A stretch of DNA of 64,000 bases from the NCBI GenBank assembly GCA_963924565.1, contig OZ004612.1, forward strand, positions 20,894,001 through 20,958,000, in the 5' to 3' direction. Below are positions 1-22,273 of this stretch, one piece after another; positions within the stretch are counted from its first letter, which is position 1, and each line of letters opens with the position of its first letter. The position numbers and the translations under genes are program-made. This DNA comes from Ascidiella aspersa. Taxonomy: Eukaryota. The notes beneath the pieces were generated by a model, which was not told the DNA's origin, searched no databases, and saw only the letters and a program-made list of their open reading frames with translations.

Positions 1-148
1 ACTATAAGAGAGACTGGCTGATCAATTCAGCTTTGTTATCCAACTTTTTACAAAAATTATATGTATAACATCAGTAAAGTAACTGTACATGAACAAAATA
101 AATAAACCTAAAACCATAGATTTTTGAGCTTTCATCTGAGTAGTTTTA

Positions 149-9590
<9,442 letters not shown>

Positions 9591-11244
9591 TTCTCTTTGA
9601 TTTATATACTATATATTCTATATATTGATGTATTGTAGATCTAAAAAATATATCATGAACTTTCAGCCTTTACAGACCATAAAACCTGGTATATCTTCTT
9701 GTGACTTTACCCCCTAACACATTTGTATTCAAACCCTTACCCTGAACACATTCGAGTCAATTTCTATCAAACACCATTTGCGATAGTGCATCTATAAAAC
9801 CCTGCCAGCCAAGTGATATTAAAATGGCTTCTGTCATTATATTTTTGCAAAAAAAGATGAAAATCAGTAAATAAAGTGCTCAAAATATTGGCATGAAAGT
9901 GCCCAAACAACATTTTACTTTTATCGCTTGCACACTTCTGTTAAAAAATTAAACTTTTGCTGAAGCCTGGAGTGTGCAGTAAGTATGCAATCATGTTTTA
10001 TTGTACACCAGAGGTTTGCAATCCTACCAAAATTAAATCTTTTGCCAAATATTGGGTGAGCAATTTACTTTTTCAGGTCTGCACACAACATACTTTATTA
10101 GAATCTTGGGTATGCACCTGCCATAGAATACAGACTGGCCTGGAATTTAAATGCAAGATGTTTTATTTAAAATAGTTGTAATATATATTGAAACTTTATT
10201 TGCACAAATTTTGCTTTGCAAGCTGTATACATTCATCACACAACACTAACATTTAGTAAGAGTGAGGTATTTAAAGCAAAGTTAGGGTATTGTCTACCCT
10301 GATTGCACCTCAGTGCCTTTCGGCCATTATATCTTCGGCGTGAAATGCATAGCCAAAAAACACAAATTTGGTGTAGAACTTAGGATAATATGGGCTGGAA
10401 TCTTGGCCATAAATTATGCAATTTAGTTGGTTGGGATATTTATCAGCTCGTCTGGAAAGCATGGCAGATCTTGCGCTGCACGGCTGAAAAAATCTGGGTG
10501 ACCGGGTGCAACAAAGGTAAGAAAAGTGCACTGTAATACCGATGTAATAAATTAAGGTGCATAAGCGTTTTTTGGCAGTTTTTATTTCTTCACTTTTGAA
10601 AGGTTGTAAAAAACTTGCGGGTGCACTTGCCATAGTTTCCACAGTGGTTCATTAGTGGCAAACAAAAAAGTGTTTATTACAATTTTGTAAATAGATTATT
10701 AGAGAATTTTGTCCTTTCTATTAAAAATCAAATTACAACATAACACAAACTTCCAATTGAATCTAAAAATTCGCAGAGCTCGAGAGCCAAATCGCCAGCA
10801 GTTATGTCTTTCAATCAGAATCAGGTGTGTAAAATCATGGTAGAAACTATAGTCATCATCAAATTCATTTCTAATTTGATTTTGTATGTAAGTCCCAAAC
10901 TAAAATGTAACCTGGTTTATTGGATCTGAAGCTATAAAATATTTAATCTGGAGCTATATTTAGCTTATGCTATAAAAGTTAAACTGTAAAACAACTACTT
11001 TGAACATAAATCAACTCAGAGAACCTTGCCCAATGTAACAACGGACAGCACAGCATCCATTCGACAATAATGCTCATAAAATGTTAATTTAATACGTTCA
11101 TGTTTAATACATTAAAACTCCGAAAAAAACATAAAAGTCAAATTAATAAAATTAAAATTAAGGCGCTGGTCTAAAATCCTACGAAACGATTATAAATATG
11201 CTTGGTAAATTACCAATGCTAATGGCTTAGGAACATTTGAACAT

Positions 11245-11254
11245 GTCACGTGAC
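11245..11254. promoter_or_regulatory. Palindromic extended E-box GTCACGTGAC (USF/MiT-TFE type) upstream of CKAP5
   Basis: Exact 10-bp palindrome with ATTGG/CCAAT motifs nearby, about 1.6 kb upstream of the CKAP5 ATG; function not demonstrated. Confidence 0.3.
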
Positions 11255-11570
11255 CATGTAGGTCTGTTTTTTATTGGAGGAGATCTCAAATACTTTTGTT
11301 TTGAGAGATTGTTTGATTTTGGTAAAATAGATAACAGTGCATGAGAGATATGTGCACTAATCTAAAAGTATACTAGTACACGAAATATACTTGGTTGTCA
11401 TATACAACTAAATTATTGGTACACTAAGTAATTTTTGGAAAAGTTTCTTAACGGGAAAACATCAAATAGAAAATTTAATAGGTTGGCCCAAAGAGATGGG
11501 TTGGCCCAAAGAGATTTGAACCAATGAGTGGAAAGTTTAGGAAAATGACGGATTTGTTTGGTCGTCTGTC

Positions 11571-11599
11571 CAACGCCTATCTATTATAGATAGGCGTTG
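11571..11599. mobile_element. 29-bp hairpin between 7-bp direct repeats (probable DNA-transposon excision footprint)
   Basis: gtctgtc-CAACGCCTATCTAttaTAGATAGGCGTTG-gtctgtc. Confidence 0.7.
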
Positions 11600-13118
11600 G
11601 TCTGTCACGCTCTGAGGCATATTATGAAGAAACAACGAAGCTTAGGTCGTAGTTCCTTCGTGCTTTAAACAGCCCTTGATTGATACTTAGGGTTAACAAC
11701 CTTTCTTGTCTGCGATTGCCAAAAATAGTGTTGCACAGATTGGCATGGCTTTTTAACCCTGATTTAAGTTCAGTTATAGTCATATCTAGGCAAAACCTCT
11801 TATGGTGTGGACCACACCCAGGGTTTTTTTCTGAGGTTTTTGATTTTTAGAGATGACGTTATAAATTTAAATTTGCAGTGCTCGTCGTGTTAAAATGTGA
11901 AAATTAAATGGATTTTAAATATACTCAAGAAGGCAGGGCGTTCGCGCAAAGCTTGAGAAATTTTCGTTTGTTAGGTAAAACTGTCAGACTTTCTATTTAG
12001 AAGAGACTTTACGCATCCCTCATATATCTTGATGCTTTGTCAAAGCCATTTTCTGCAACAGCTGCATGGTTTCATAAAAAAAACATGGTGTAAGTTTGCG
12101 TCAATCACGAAAAACACATAATAATGCGTTGTACTTGTTAAACTTTGAATTTGGATGGGTGTTAATTAAAAGGTGATAGGGCAGGCATATTCACGACGAC
12201 CAAAATGATTTCGAATACTTAGTGAAACCGGCCAAAAAAATAGTTATTAGGGACTTGTCCTCACATTTCTCGTTTGCGCGGTAAAATATTATTTGGAATG
12301 GAATGATGGATCTCGTTTAGGGATTACCGCCTACTTTCACAAACTCACGAATGATCCCACTTGATGAGGATTTAACTTCGCTTAATTTTGCGTTCGTCAT
12401 TGGACTTGCGTGTTGCGTTTTTGTGATCAACTAAAAGATGTGGGACAATGATGAGCCCAAACCAAAGGGAGGGTTAGCACATTGCTAACCCCACTTACCC
12501 GGAGGGAAAATATATAAAAAAAAATGTGGGTATGTATTTCATTAAGATAAACACGATATGACATCTAATCTATATCTCGCTCGTATGAACTTAAGTTTTT
12601 TTTAGAAAAAGTTATGTGTCAATTTAAATTGCAAACGCCGACACAATGCAGGTACCAATAATACCGCATCACGGGAGAAACCAATGTCAAAGGTAAAAGT
12701 AGTTCCATTTTTAGGCGTGGTAAGATTTTTGAAGAGGCGTGTTACAATAAGGGTTGTTTCACGGTGTTTTAACTTTTTATATTATAGCTCTTTTTCAATT
12801 ATGAATATTTTAGGCATACCAAGTTGAATAAATGTTAAGTTGAATAAAAATGCATTTATGAATTACTTGATTTTTTTATTGTTACGGTACATTGTACATC
12901 AGGATTAATGTTAAAAAAAACACAAAAAATGTTTTAAAGTTACGAAAGCAAATAGAGATAATTACAAAAGGTTGGAACCACAGTAGTTCACTGAAAACAA
13001 AAATAGCGTTCATATGCATTTCCTATAGATTCGTATCAAAGAAAACAGCTTTTAATCCCCAGGCTTTTAAAGTAATTTGTTGATAAAACTGCTTCAGCGA
13101 AAAAAATGTTTTTAAAGG

Positions 13119-16100
13119 TCATCCAGGACTTTCGAAAATAAATTTTTCGCTTGAATCGTTTTTGTCTATATCGACCAACGTATCTTGGTTGAAAGGTGCA
13201 GGAGCCACTTTGTTTCGACCAAACAACCTGTATCGCTTTTTTGAAAATATGCAAGAAGCAAACCGCGCCAACAAGCTTGGGCGCGTTTTGCCTGAAGGCG
13301 TCATCTTCTCGGCATTTTCACACAGTAAATTGACAGCAGTTGGTCTGGCTTCTATTTTTCCTTTGGGTAAGGCTTGTGGTGGAAAAGGATTGCTTGGATT
13401 TTTCATACAAGTTCGAAAAGTCTCGCCTTTTTTACTGCCTAAGAACTCTTCAACCTTAGGTTTCCGCCGAACATCCACTTTTGTTTGCTTACAATCTTCA
13501 GGGTTGTCGTTTTGTTTTTCGACGTACTGCAAACTTTGGCTTTCTAATATATTCATTTCTTGGTTCGAACGTTCACAAGTAGAATGAAACTTTGGAAAAT
13601 TTATGTTTGAAGATTCGGCAAAATCAGCGCCGACTTTTGTGATTTCTTCGGAAATTTTTTCTTGCTGACGTGTTGCAGGTTCAACCATCGTCAACAACTG
13701 ATCTTCTGACACATCGTCTCTGCGATTTTGCCTATATGTGGTCATCCTAAAAATTCTAGGAAACCAACTTTTGCAATTTGCAATGCGTGGACTTTGTAAG
13801 GTTGTCAATGGTGATGAACAGCTGGTTCCATTTTCAACTACAAAAATATATAGGATTTATTTAGTGTAATGCAAACTTCTTATAATTTGAAAAAAACAAC
13901 TGTGTTTTACCATTTTGTTTGCGCGGCCTGATCTTTCTTATCTTGTGTATCTTTCGTGTACAACTCGATTTTATTCGCTGAAATAAAAGAGTAATTTTTT
14001 TTGTTTCAGTTGCCGCCGATTATTATAATATATTACCATTTTCATTAAGTATAAAAAAGGAAAAAAGTGGAATGAATGAAACTCTTACCTGAAAAAATCC
14101 TGACTCTTTCCATTTCGTTTTACGGCACTCATTAAGATGTACAACACTCTACAAAAATAAGTTGCAAATAATTTAGTAAGTAGATAAAGATATGCAAAAT
14201 AAACTGAAAAGTATAACTAATTCGCACATTAGATAAGTTATCCTTGAAATTCTCCTTATTTGATTCACAAGTGGCAATCTCAGACTTATGTGATATGATG
14301 ATAGATGGTACAACAGTGTCTTCGTCCTGAAAAAACATACGCACCAGGTTAAACGCTCTAATTCGTCAAGCTGATGAGAATCCTTCCATACCTTTGTTAA
14401 TTTATTTTCTTCATTGATCTTCCGAAATTTACTCGATTGTTCTTTTTGAAGTTCAACAATTTTCGTTACGCCGTGTTTTCTTGCCACTTCTGACGAAAGA
14501 ATAAATTTCGTGAGGAAAAATCGAAAGAAAATGTCTTCAGATAATTTTTAAAAACCGTAAATTATTTGAGGAAATCATTACAAGCTCGATTTGTATTATA
14601 CACGTTCTTCATTTTCATACCTTCTCCACTGTTGTATTCAACTTGCATTTTCATTGTAACCTTTACTGCTTCCGCAATGTACTTGGGAAGAGGTAATTTG
14701 GTAAAATGTGAATACGGTAACATATTATCCAGCGTCGTATTGGTGATAAATGATTGAAAACCTTTTTCTGTCAAATACAAATGTTAAAGGTAATACAATT
14801 GTGGTCTACGGTTCGTAAACCAAATATAAAAAAAGAGATTTTCTGACCTGCGTCGCTTTCATCAAAACTCCTTAACTTGATTTTTTTGTCTGACAAATCT
14901 CCTTTTCCAACACTTTCTAAGCGAATTTCAGTCTTTTTCTCAGTTGAATGTTCGTCCTTTATTTCCCCTGTTGGACCTAAAGGAGATAGATCGTGTTAAA
15001 TCTGCTCTTTTGTGCTGTTTAGTGATACTTAGCTGGACCACAGAGTGGTTCTGAAAAGTAAGACACCCGGAGACGCGGTTAAACACAAACAGCACTTTTG
15101 AAATCTGCTCCTCAATTGATTTGGAGATCAGAAGCAGAAATCAGAAACCGATATGACGAAAACAAAAAAAGAAGACCTTTATAACAATGCAAATCATGGT
15201 TAAGCTTGGACGTACCGATACCGTTAATTGAACGACGTATTGAACTTTAAAAAAGAATCTTTGCAAACAATCATTAAATTAAATATCCTATACTGTCTTG
15301 TGTTTTCACAGTAATAATAATTTGTTATGAAACAGTTCTTACCCATCCGCGTCTCTGAAGCAATAACTGCTAATTCGATGATTCCGTTAATTATTGCCTT
15401 GACGTCGTCCAAATTCTTATCACTGGAGTTGGTTTTATCCGTTTTATTCAACTGCAAATTAAACCATTAGTTATAAATACGTCAGGGGTTCAAAAACAAA
15501 CAAATGTACACCTTACCTGAACTTTCTTCATTGGAGGATCCGGGATGATGTCGCCTGTCTTGGGGCAATACAAAACAAGAACGTCGCGCGCATAAAACTG
15601 CGGTTTGTTTGCTATTATCGACTCTTCCATGTGTTGTAGTACCGGCAATGGGGCAGGCTTTACCCACGGCCAAGGCTTGTCCACGTCAAGATCGACGGTG
15701 TTGCAATTTCGGACACATTTTTCCCAGTCTACTTTTGCTGTCTTACCGAGGTCGCGAAACACCCGCCATCTTTTCAACATCGGCAAATTTTTAACAACCT
15801 TTTCGACAAACGGCATCCCCATGGTTGGATTTTTAACGTCCGGAGACCAAGCCCAGTGATCGTCCAGCTCTTCGGTGTACTGGTTGGCCCTTCCTTTGGC
15901 CCGATCTGGAATTTCCAGCGACGCCCTTCCCTCGTATTTTTCAAAGCGCCATATTTCATCTACGCTGACACCACTTGTGTCCTGCCGCGGCAGCAGGATC
16001 CTGATCCCAGCAAGACGCAGATCTTCCTCAGTCTGTCTTCCTTCATTTAGAAGGAACGATCGTCTCTCTAGCAGGAGCTTCTTCCGTTGATAAAGGTAGG

Positions 16101-18556
16101 CCAACACGTACTTGTATTGGAATTTGTGCACTGAAAAAAAAAAAAGAATTATTGTACAAAATGTGACAGATGTTGTGAATGGAGCAAACGAGTTTAGAAT
16201 ATCGTTAGAATGTTGTGACTTACATGGATTTTGAACTAGCTGTAGGATCTCCGTTGAAAGCTGCATTGATTTCTATAAAAACGTATACATAGGACGTGTC
16301 ATATATTTTTTACATCTTGCATTAACACGTCGATATTTTTGATAAAATTGAACCAAAACTAACATGAACTGGCTTGGTAGCTTGCTCGGTTATCCATAAA
16401 TCCCGCAGAACGTCGTACGCTGTAGGTCTCTCCTCAGGGCATTGGGAAACCATACGGTTGATCAGAGATCGACAATCTTGATAAAATTTACAATTGGGCT
16501 AATAACTATATTTTAAAATCTACACGAAAGCTATCTTATTTTCTTTACCTGGCATATTTTAAGCTAAATCGACAAATTAAAAAAAATGTGCAAAATAGAT
16601 AAGCTAAAACAAAATACCACTTACCTGGTGAAATACCACTGCGGAAGGACAATGGTTTGTTCTTGTGTTTGTTGTATTGTTTCTTAAGGCCCATTTTCGT
16701 TTTCGCTGTAAACGGAATGACTCCATTAACCATGATGTAAAGAACGACACCCCTAAATAATAAAAAAATATTATAAATTGAAATAAAGTGAACTGTTTTT
16801 TCCAAAATATATTCACATACAGACTCCACATATCAGCCCTGTACGGGTCATATTTTGGTTTGTTTCCAAAAAAGATTTCCGGGGCAACATAGCCTGGGGT
16901 TCCGCAATTCGAGGTTGCAATCTCCAGGGGAAACCCCAAATCCATCACTATTTCGTCTTGCTCTTTCTTTTTAGGGTGGAAGGAATGACCAAGATCTCCC
17001 AGTTTCAATTGTCCGTCGTCGGTTACAAATATGTTTTCCGGCTTTATGTCCCTAAATTTAAAAGCCTGTGGCAGTGACTGTGTAATTTTAACTACATAAT
17101 AGTTTGTTGGGTGCTTCCTTAAATCATTTTGAATAGATGTCTGAAAAACATCCACCGAAACAAATTAGAGTGAAAATTGTATTTTTACCTGTGAGCGATG
17201 TTGTTTTCGTGTAATTGTTCAACCCCTTGTAACATTTGCACGAAATAATGTCTGGCAACGTTTTCCTCCATGTAGCCCTTGCCGGGTTTTGCCGCAACAT
17301 GGCGACAGAACAGATTTCTAAAATCCCCCCCGGATGCCAACTCCATTACCAAAAAGACTCTTTTGCACCCGACGAAGACGTCGAATAATGTTATCTAAAA
17401 ACAAAAAGTTTTGCCAATTTTACGTTTTAGTTTTTCTTAACCGCCTATTAGGAAGCGGAAAAAGTCAACATATAAAATGACGATTATAAAAGAATGTAAT
17501 TGTGTTTACAAAACCATAAAATCATGCTTTATTTTGACGTACGATGTTTGGTTGTCCAAAAGTCTTGTGTAGGTTGTAAATTTCGCCTGGAAGGTATTTG
17601 GCAAAACTTGCCAATTCGGTAGCACCGTTGTCGGCATACACGATCTTAATTGCCACCTTAGAATATAAAGGGTATTCAGTAATGCCGAAATAAATATTAA
17701 GAGTATAACTTGGAAAGACTCAAATTTCATAGAAAGTATAATATGTAGTTGCCCATTGCAATGATACTATTATTAATTCCCAGCAAGGCATTATTATAAA
17801 TAAGATATATTTTCATGAAACGCCTTTCTCGTTTCGTCACTGCTGAAAAAGCTCAGAATAAATATAATTAAACCATATCACTTTGTAGATTTGTCAAAAC
17901 CCGGTAATGTGCGCTGCAACATATGATGAACTACACAAATTGTTCTAGCAAAACCTCACAAAACTTAATCTAAATGTATTGCTGTCCAGTAAAGGCCTAC
18001 TTTTTATTTATTACGTCACAGTGATCAAATGCTCATCCAAGCCAGCAAGCGTAAATCAAATTTGACACACAAACCAATGGCAAGGCCATTGCTATGGTAA
18101 CAAGTAGTTTCAGGTTTAGGCACAAAATGTAAAAAATGAAATTTATCAACAAGTTCAATTGTACATACTTATTAGCACTGCGATAACAAATACTTATGAA
18201 CACTGCGATGCTATTGTTTATTCAAACGTTGTAATTGTAACAAATAAATGTGTAAATTGTCTATAATATAGTAATTCTCTTTTCGGGCGCTCTGCAACTA
18301 CAATTGTATTCAGCAATAGGAGCAATCCAGTTACTGCTTGAAAAATTATTCTTAAGTCTCCTACCTTAAGCTGTTTATTTTTCCCCCGAACAAACTGCAA
18401 TTTGTCGCTGGATTCCAGTTTATCCTGGGTCGGTGTCGCGACAAACACACGGCCAACTGCACCACCGCCCAAGAATTCATCACTCAACTCATAACCATGG
18501 GCCAAGCAAATTTGTTTCTCTTTTGTGAGAACTAGGTTCTGCACTTGAAAATTCAT
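13119..18556 (-). CDS. TSSK-like (CAMK group) Ser/Thr kinase with about 690-aa C-terminal extension, about 1020 aa
   Basis: Frame-consistent exons: 18365-18556, 17543-17656, 17189-17394, 16821-17051, 16625-16752, 16364-16476, 16224-16260, 15517-16130, 15343-15451, 14848-14976, 14621-14767, 14392-14489, 14228-14326, 14089-14148, 13911-13977, 13119-13837 (3063 nt). Motifs: GGGAVG, VAIK, KYLPGE, VMELA, HRDIKPEN, DLG, CGTPGYVAPE, YDPYRADMWSLGVVLYIMVNG. HGY, KYLPxE and YDP resemble TSSKs. The kinase call is firm; the tail exon chain is less certain. Confidence 0.85.
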
Positions 18557-19325
18557 CGCTCTTTGGAATATACTACTGAAGTATAGCAGAATCAACGAAT
18601 GCTTAAAATCTGACAAAAACGATTTTTTTATAAACTTTTATCAGCACGTCCTCTCTCCACATTTGCATCAAGGCTATAAATATATATTAATAAGTAAATT
18701 TTAGTTAACGATTGTTGCCAAGTGTCTCTTGGTGATGAAACAAAGGCCTTTGTTATTTAAATGAATTCTGTTAACTTATGAGAAACCGTATTGACTAATG
18801 TAGTCACTAGACTAGATGAAAATCCCGGCCTTTTCCAGGGTAAATAGAACTGATAAAGGACTAATATATATACCTGTACCTGCTATGTAACTAAGGTACA
18901 CTCACTTGTATTACGCGCGTTAATTTGCAAAATCAACCTGAATTTTGGCTGGTTAAACAAAATGAAACACACCTTTAAGACGTGTTATGTAAGTTTTATA
19001 AATCAAACCAAATTCGCATTTGGTTATTTGCTTCACTATTCGCTGTTCACAGAACAGCTAAAACTTGTGGATTCCGGTCCTTATCCAGGCCTTTTCAGTT
19101 TTGACAGGAGCTTAAAAACGTTTTTACACACAAGGTTAAATCATACCAAAATAACAAAATGGTTTCGAAGAAAAAAATGCTGCAGTCACACGATTAAAAC
19201 TCGACTGGCCTCATGTAAAGTAAATATATTTTTTTTTCAATTCATTTATCGAAACGCTGTTCAAGACGGTCTAAATTCGGGTCGCACTCGCACAGCAAGA
19301 TAGTTTGAGAAGTCAACATTTATAA

Positions 19326-19620
19326 TACCATAGAATTAGGACCAACGACATAATAAAGTCAAATACGGAGTAATATCCACGACGAAATAAAGGTTTAAAA
19401 TCGGTGTAATAAAATATTATGGAATACGTCCTAAACACACTGGAATATGACCTATAAATGGACAAAATAATACTTAAAACCGTAAGGAGAGTTTTTGGGA
19501 CAAATGGGAGCTTTATATACCGGTGTGACATCGAACGGTTTTTGGTATCGACCATTAGCAATGACAAAAACAAACCTTAAAATGTAACTGTACCGTATAT
19601 GGTTAGTTATACATGCGTTT
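19326..19620. repeat. Decayed relative of the foldback element at 42361-43007
   Basis: accatagaattaggaccaacgacataataaagtcaaatacggagtaatatcca aligns with 42360-42412 and is followed by eroded ggaata..ccta units; right boundary approximate. Confidence 0.5.
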
Positions 19621-20780
19621 GGCATATATCCGGATATTCGTGCCAAATTAAAACAATCTATCTATAAATTTCAACATTGTCCTAAATTGTATGTGATTGC
19701 AATACAACCTGGCTATACTACACAAAACAAAAATGTTGGAAGCAACAACATTAGACCATCCAGTCTACAAGAGTTTGGAGAATATCCAAGTGTCTATCTT
19801 AACGCGGTAGGACGGCCTGAGTCGTTTCTAAACAACCGGACTCCGACTCCCACTTCGCGACCCTCCTTAGGGCGGTGGTCATCAGTTAAAGATCAAGAGA
19901 CGTTCTTTTACGTAAAAAGGCTACTTACATATGGATAGAAATTAATATAACATCGTGTCTTTCTCATATACATCGATAAATCACAAGGCGAGCACAAATC
20001 AGTAAACAGTTTAACATATCATTCTCATTTAGGTTACAATACCAAACAGAACAGTTGCTGGAATGGCTTGTGCGGAAATAAAATGTTTAGGCGAAATTCA
20101 AGTTTTGGCTTTTTTCCTAAAACTTTACAACATGTTCACAAAAGAAAAACACATGATAAAACGTTTGAAAATGTAAATTGCAAAAAAACCACCGGTTGGT
20201 TTCACTAAGGCCTATATCAAATGAGAAGAGCGCATCATTGGTCACAATCACACGAAGATTAAATTTGATTTAAAAGGATCGCAGTTTAATTTCAATTGTG
20301 ACTTCACAAGTGTTTTTAATATGTTCAAGACTTAAATCCCGTTCCGACTTGCGTTGTTCTTATGTGGCGATCAGCAGTGTATGTTTTCATCCCATTGGAT
20401 AAGGCTTTTGGGGAGTAATGTACTTAAAATAACTGCCTTTAAGTGTTGACTAATTTATTTTCGCCTGGGGTGCCTGTCATACAACACAGTTTTAACCCAG
20501 TCTCTGTTTAATGCGGCGTACGAAGACATCTAGTAGCAGACTGTCACACAAACTGACCTAAAACGTAAAATATCCCCGCATGCGAAACGAAACTACTCTT
20601 TTGGGACAGTAGTGTTGTAATGATCGAACAGTCGACTTGATTTAAGTGCACAAAGTCACTGTTTTCAAATGACTTGACTTACGCCTTTTGGACAATTGGC
20701 TTTGGTTGAAATTCAGCGCCTTTATTACGCTTATTTTTTAAATCGTGTTTTTGTCTTATGTTTTCAACATAAAACAATTT

Positions 20781-21313
20781 GTTTGCTATATGTGTTTCGT
20801 TTTTTCTTATTTTTTAGTTGACTTATTGCTCATAAAATCGGAAAACTTTATACGGAATTGTAAGATTGCCGAATACGAAGTATACTGTTATGTTGTATCG
20901 TTTATTCCATCACAGAAGCTAGAGTTGAAGTTGAGGTGAAGCAAGGGAGACCAGAGAAAATTAGGTCTGGTCCTAGCGAGAGAAAACCAGTCTCTGACTG
21001 ACGAGGTCCGAGCGGTCTCTGGCGAAGAGAGTAGACACAGAGAATATAAGCTGAAACAAAAAAAGGCGATAAATGGAATACCACAGGAATATTAGGTAAA
21101 TGTGTGATTTTGGTTTGCTCAATGCGAGGACCAGACCTAATTTTCTCTGGTCTCCTTGCTTCACCTCAACCTCAACTCTAACTTCTGTGATGGAATAAAC
21201 AATACAACATAACAGTATACTTCGTATTCGGCTATCTTACAATTTCGTATAAAGTTTTCCGATTTTATGAGCAATAAGTCAACTAAAAAATAAGAAAAAA
21301 CGATATAGCAAAC
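20781..21313. repeat. Long inverted repeat (arms about 190 bp, spacer about 150 bp)
   Basis: 20781-20974 is the reverse complement of 21127-21313 with few mismatches; the inner part is related to 29725-30058. Confidence 0.92.
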
Positions 21314-22070
21314 GTTTTGGCGATTTAATTAATCCAAATAAACTCAGATTTTGCTTTAACGAAAACTCTTGATTTCCTTCCCTGGCTGCGGTCTATTTCG
21401 GGGTAAACCAATAAAAAATATGCTGCACGTGTCTGTGGCTTGATACTTTCTCAGGAGTGTTTAATAAAAATAGGTTAAAAATGTAAAATTTTTGGTGAAA
21501 CTTTTTTTTTGCCACGTGTTTATTGAAGGGGTTCCACCCGTCGTCACGCTTCGTTTAACAGTTCTTCCACACGTAACTGCTTTTTAATTTTCATAACGGT
21601 GAAAGCTGGAGCCTCTACTTTTTTCGGTCGTACTTCGTTAATGGTTTCTGTTAACTGGATTGATAAGATCGCTTTATTTTTGACATATGTTTTTATTTCA
21701 AGAACAATGTTTTGAAAACTAGTGTTATTTAAGGGATTATACTGAACTTCTAAAATAAGTTTCCATAGAAAGTTATACATTCTTGCTAGTTGCTGTAATA
21801 CTGGAACGTCAAAACGTTAACTCACAACAAGGTTTAAAATTTCGTTGTAAAAATAGCAGATTTTTAAAATGTTTTTTAATTGTCCTTTTTGGATTTATTA
21901 ATGTCAACATTGAGATGTTGAACATTTATGAAAGCCTGCAGCTTTTAAAAAGTAACTGGATACAGAAAAAAAAATGAGGCGCTGGTTTAGAATCCTAGCA
22001 CAACGACTGTAATTTGGGTTAGGATACTTTATTGTAATTTTGCAAAACCGTGTACAGTAGTGCGAATTTT

Positions 22071-22273
22071 GGCGCTGGTCTAGAATCCTACCACAACGAA
22101 ACACCATTTGGGTTAGGGTGCGGGTTAGCGTTTGGGTTAAGGTGGGTCAAGTATTATTATTAAACAAAGAATATAATAATACTTGACCCACCCACACCCG
22201 AACGCTAACCCGCACCCTAACTCAAATTTTGTGCGTTGATTTTAGAACTGTGGTAGGATTCTAGACCAGCGCC
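22071..22273. mobile_element. Merlin-like foldback MITE
   Basis: Almost fully palindromic; TIR ggcgctggtctagaatcctaccaca; perfect 8-bp TSD cgaatttt (22063-22070, 22274-22281). GG-initiated TIR plus 8-bp TSD fits Merlin. Solo ends at about 21977 and 11162. Confidence 0.8.

Noticed and set aside
9591-9745. Acceptor just upstream of the CKAP5 ATG as a spliced-leader trans-splice site
   Set aside because: A good cis donor (gtaagg at 9740) lies 100 nt upstream, so an ordinary 5' UTR intron explains it; trans-splicing at other genes cannot be judged from DNA alone.
10310-10642. 110-aa ORF upstream of CKAP5
   Set aside because: No recognisable protein features or exon chain; looks like a repeat remnant.
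13162-13587. 141-aa plus-strand ORF and similar ORFs at 15605-16090
   Set aside because: Antisense shadows of kinase exons.
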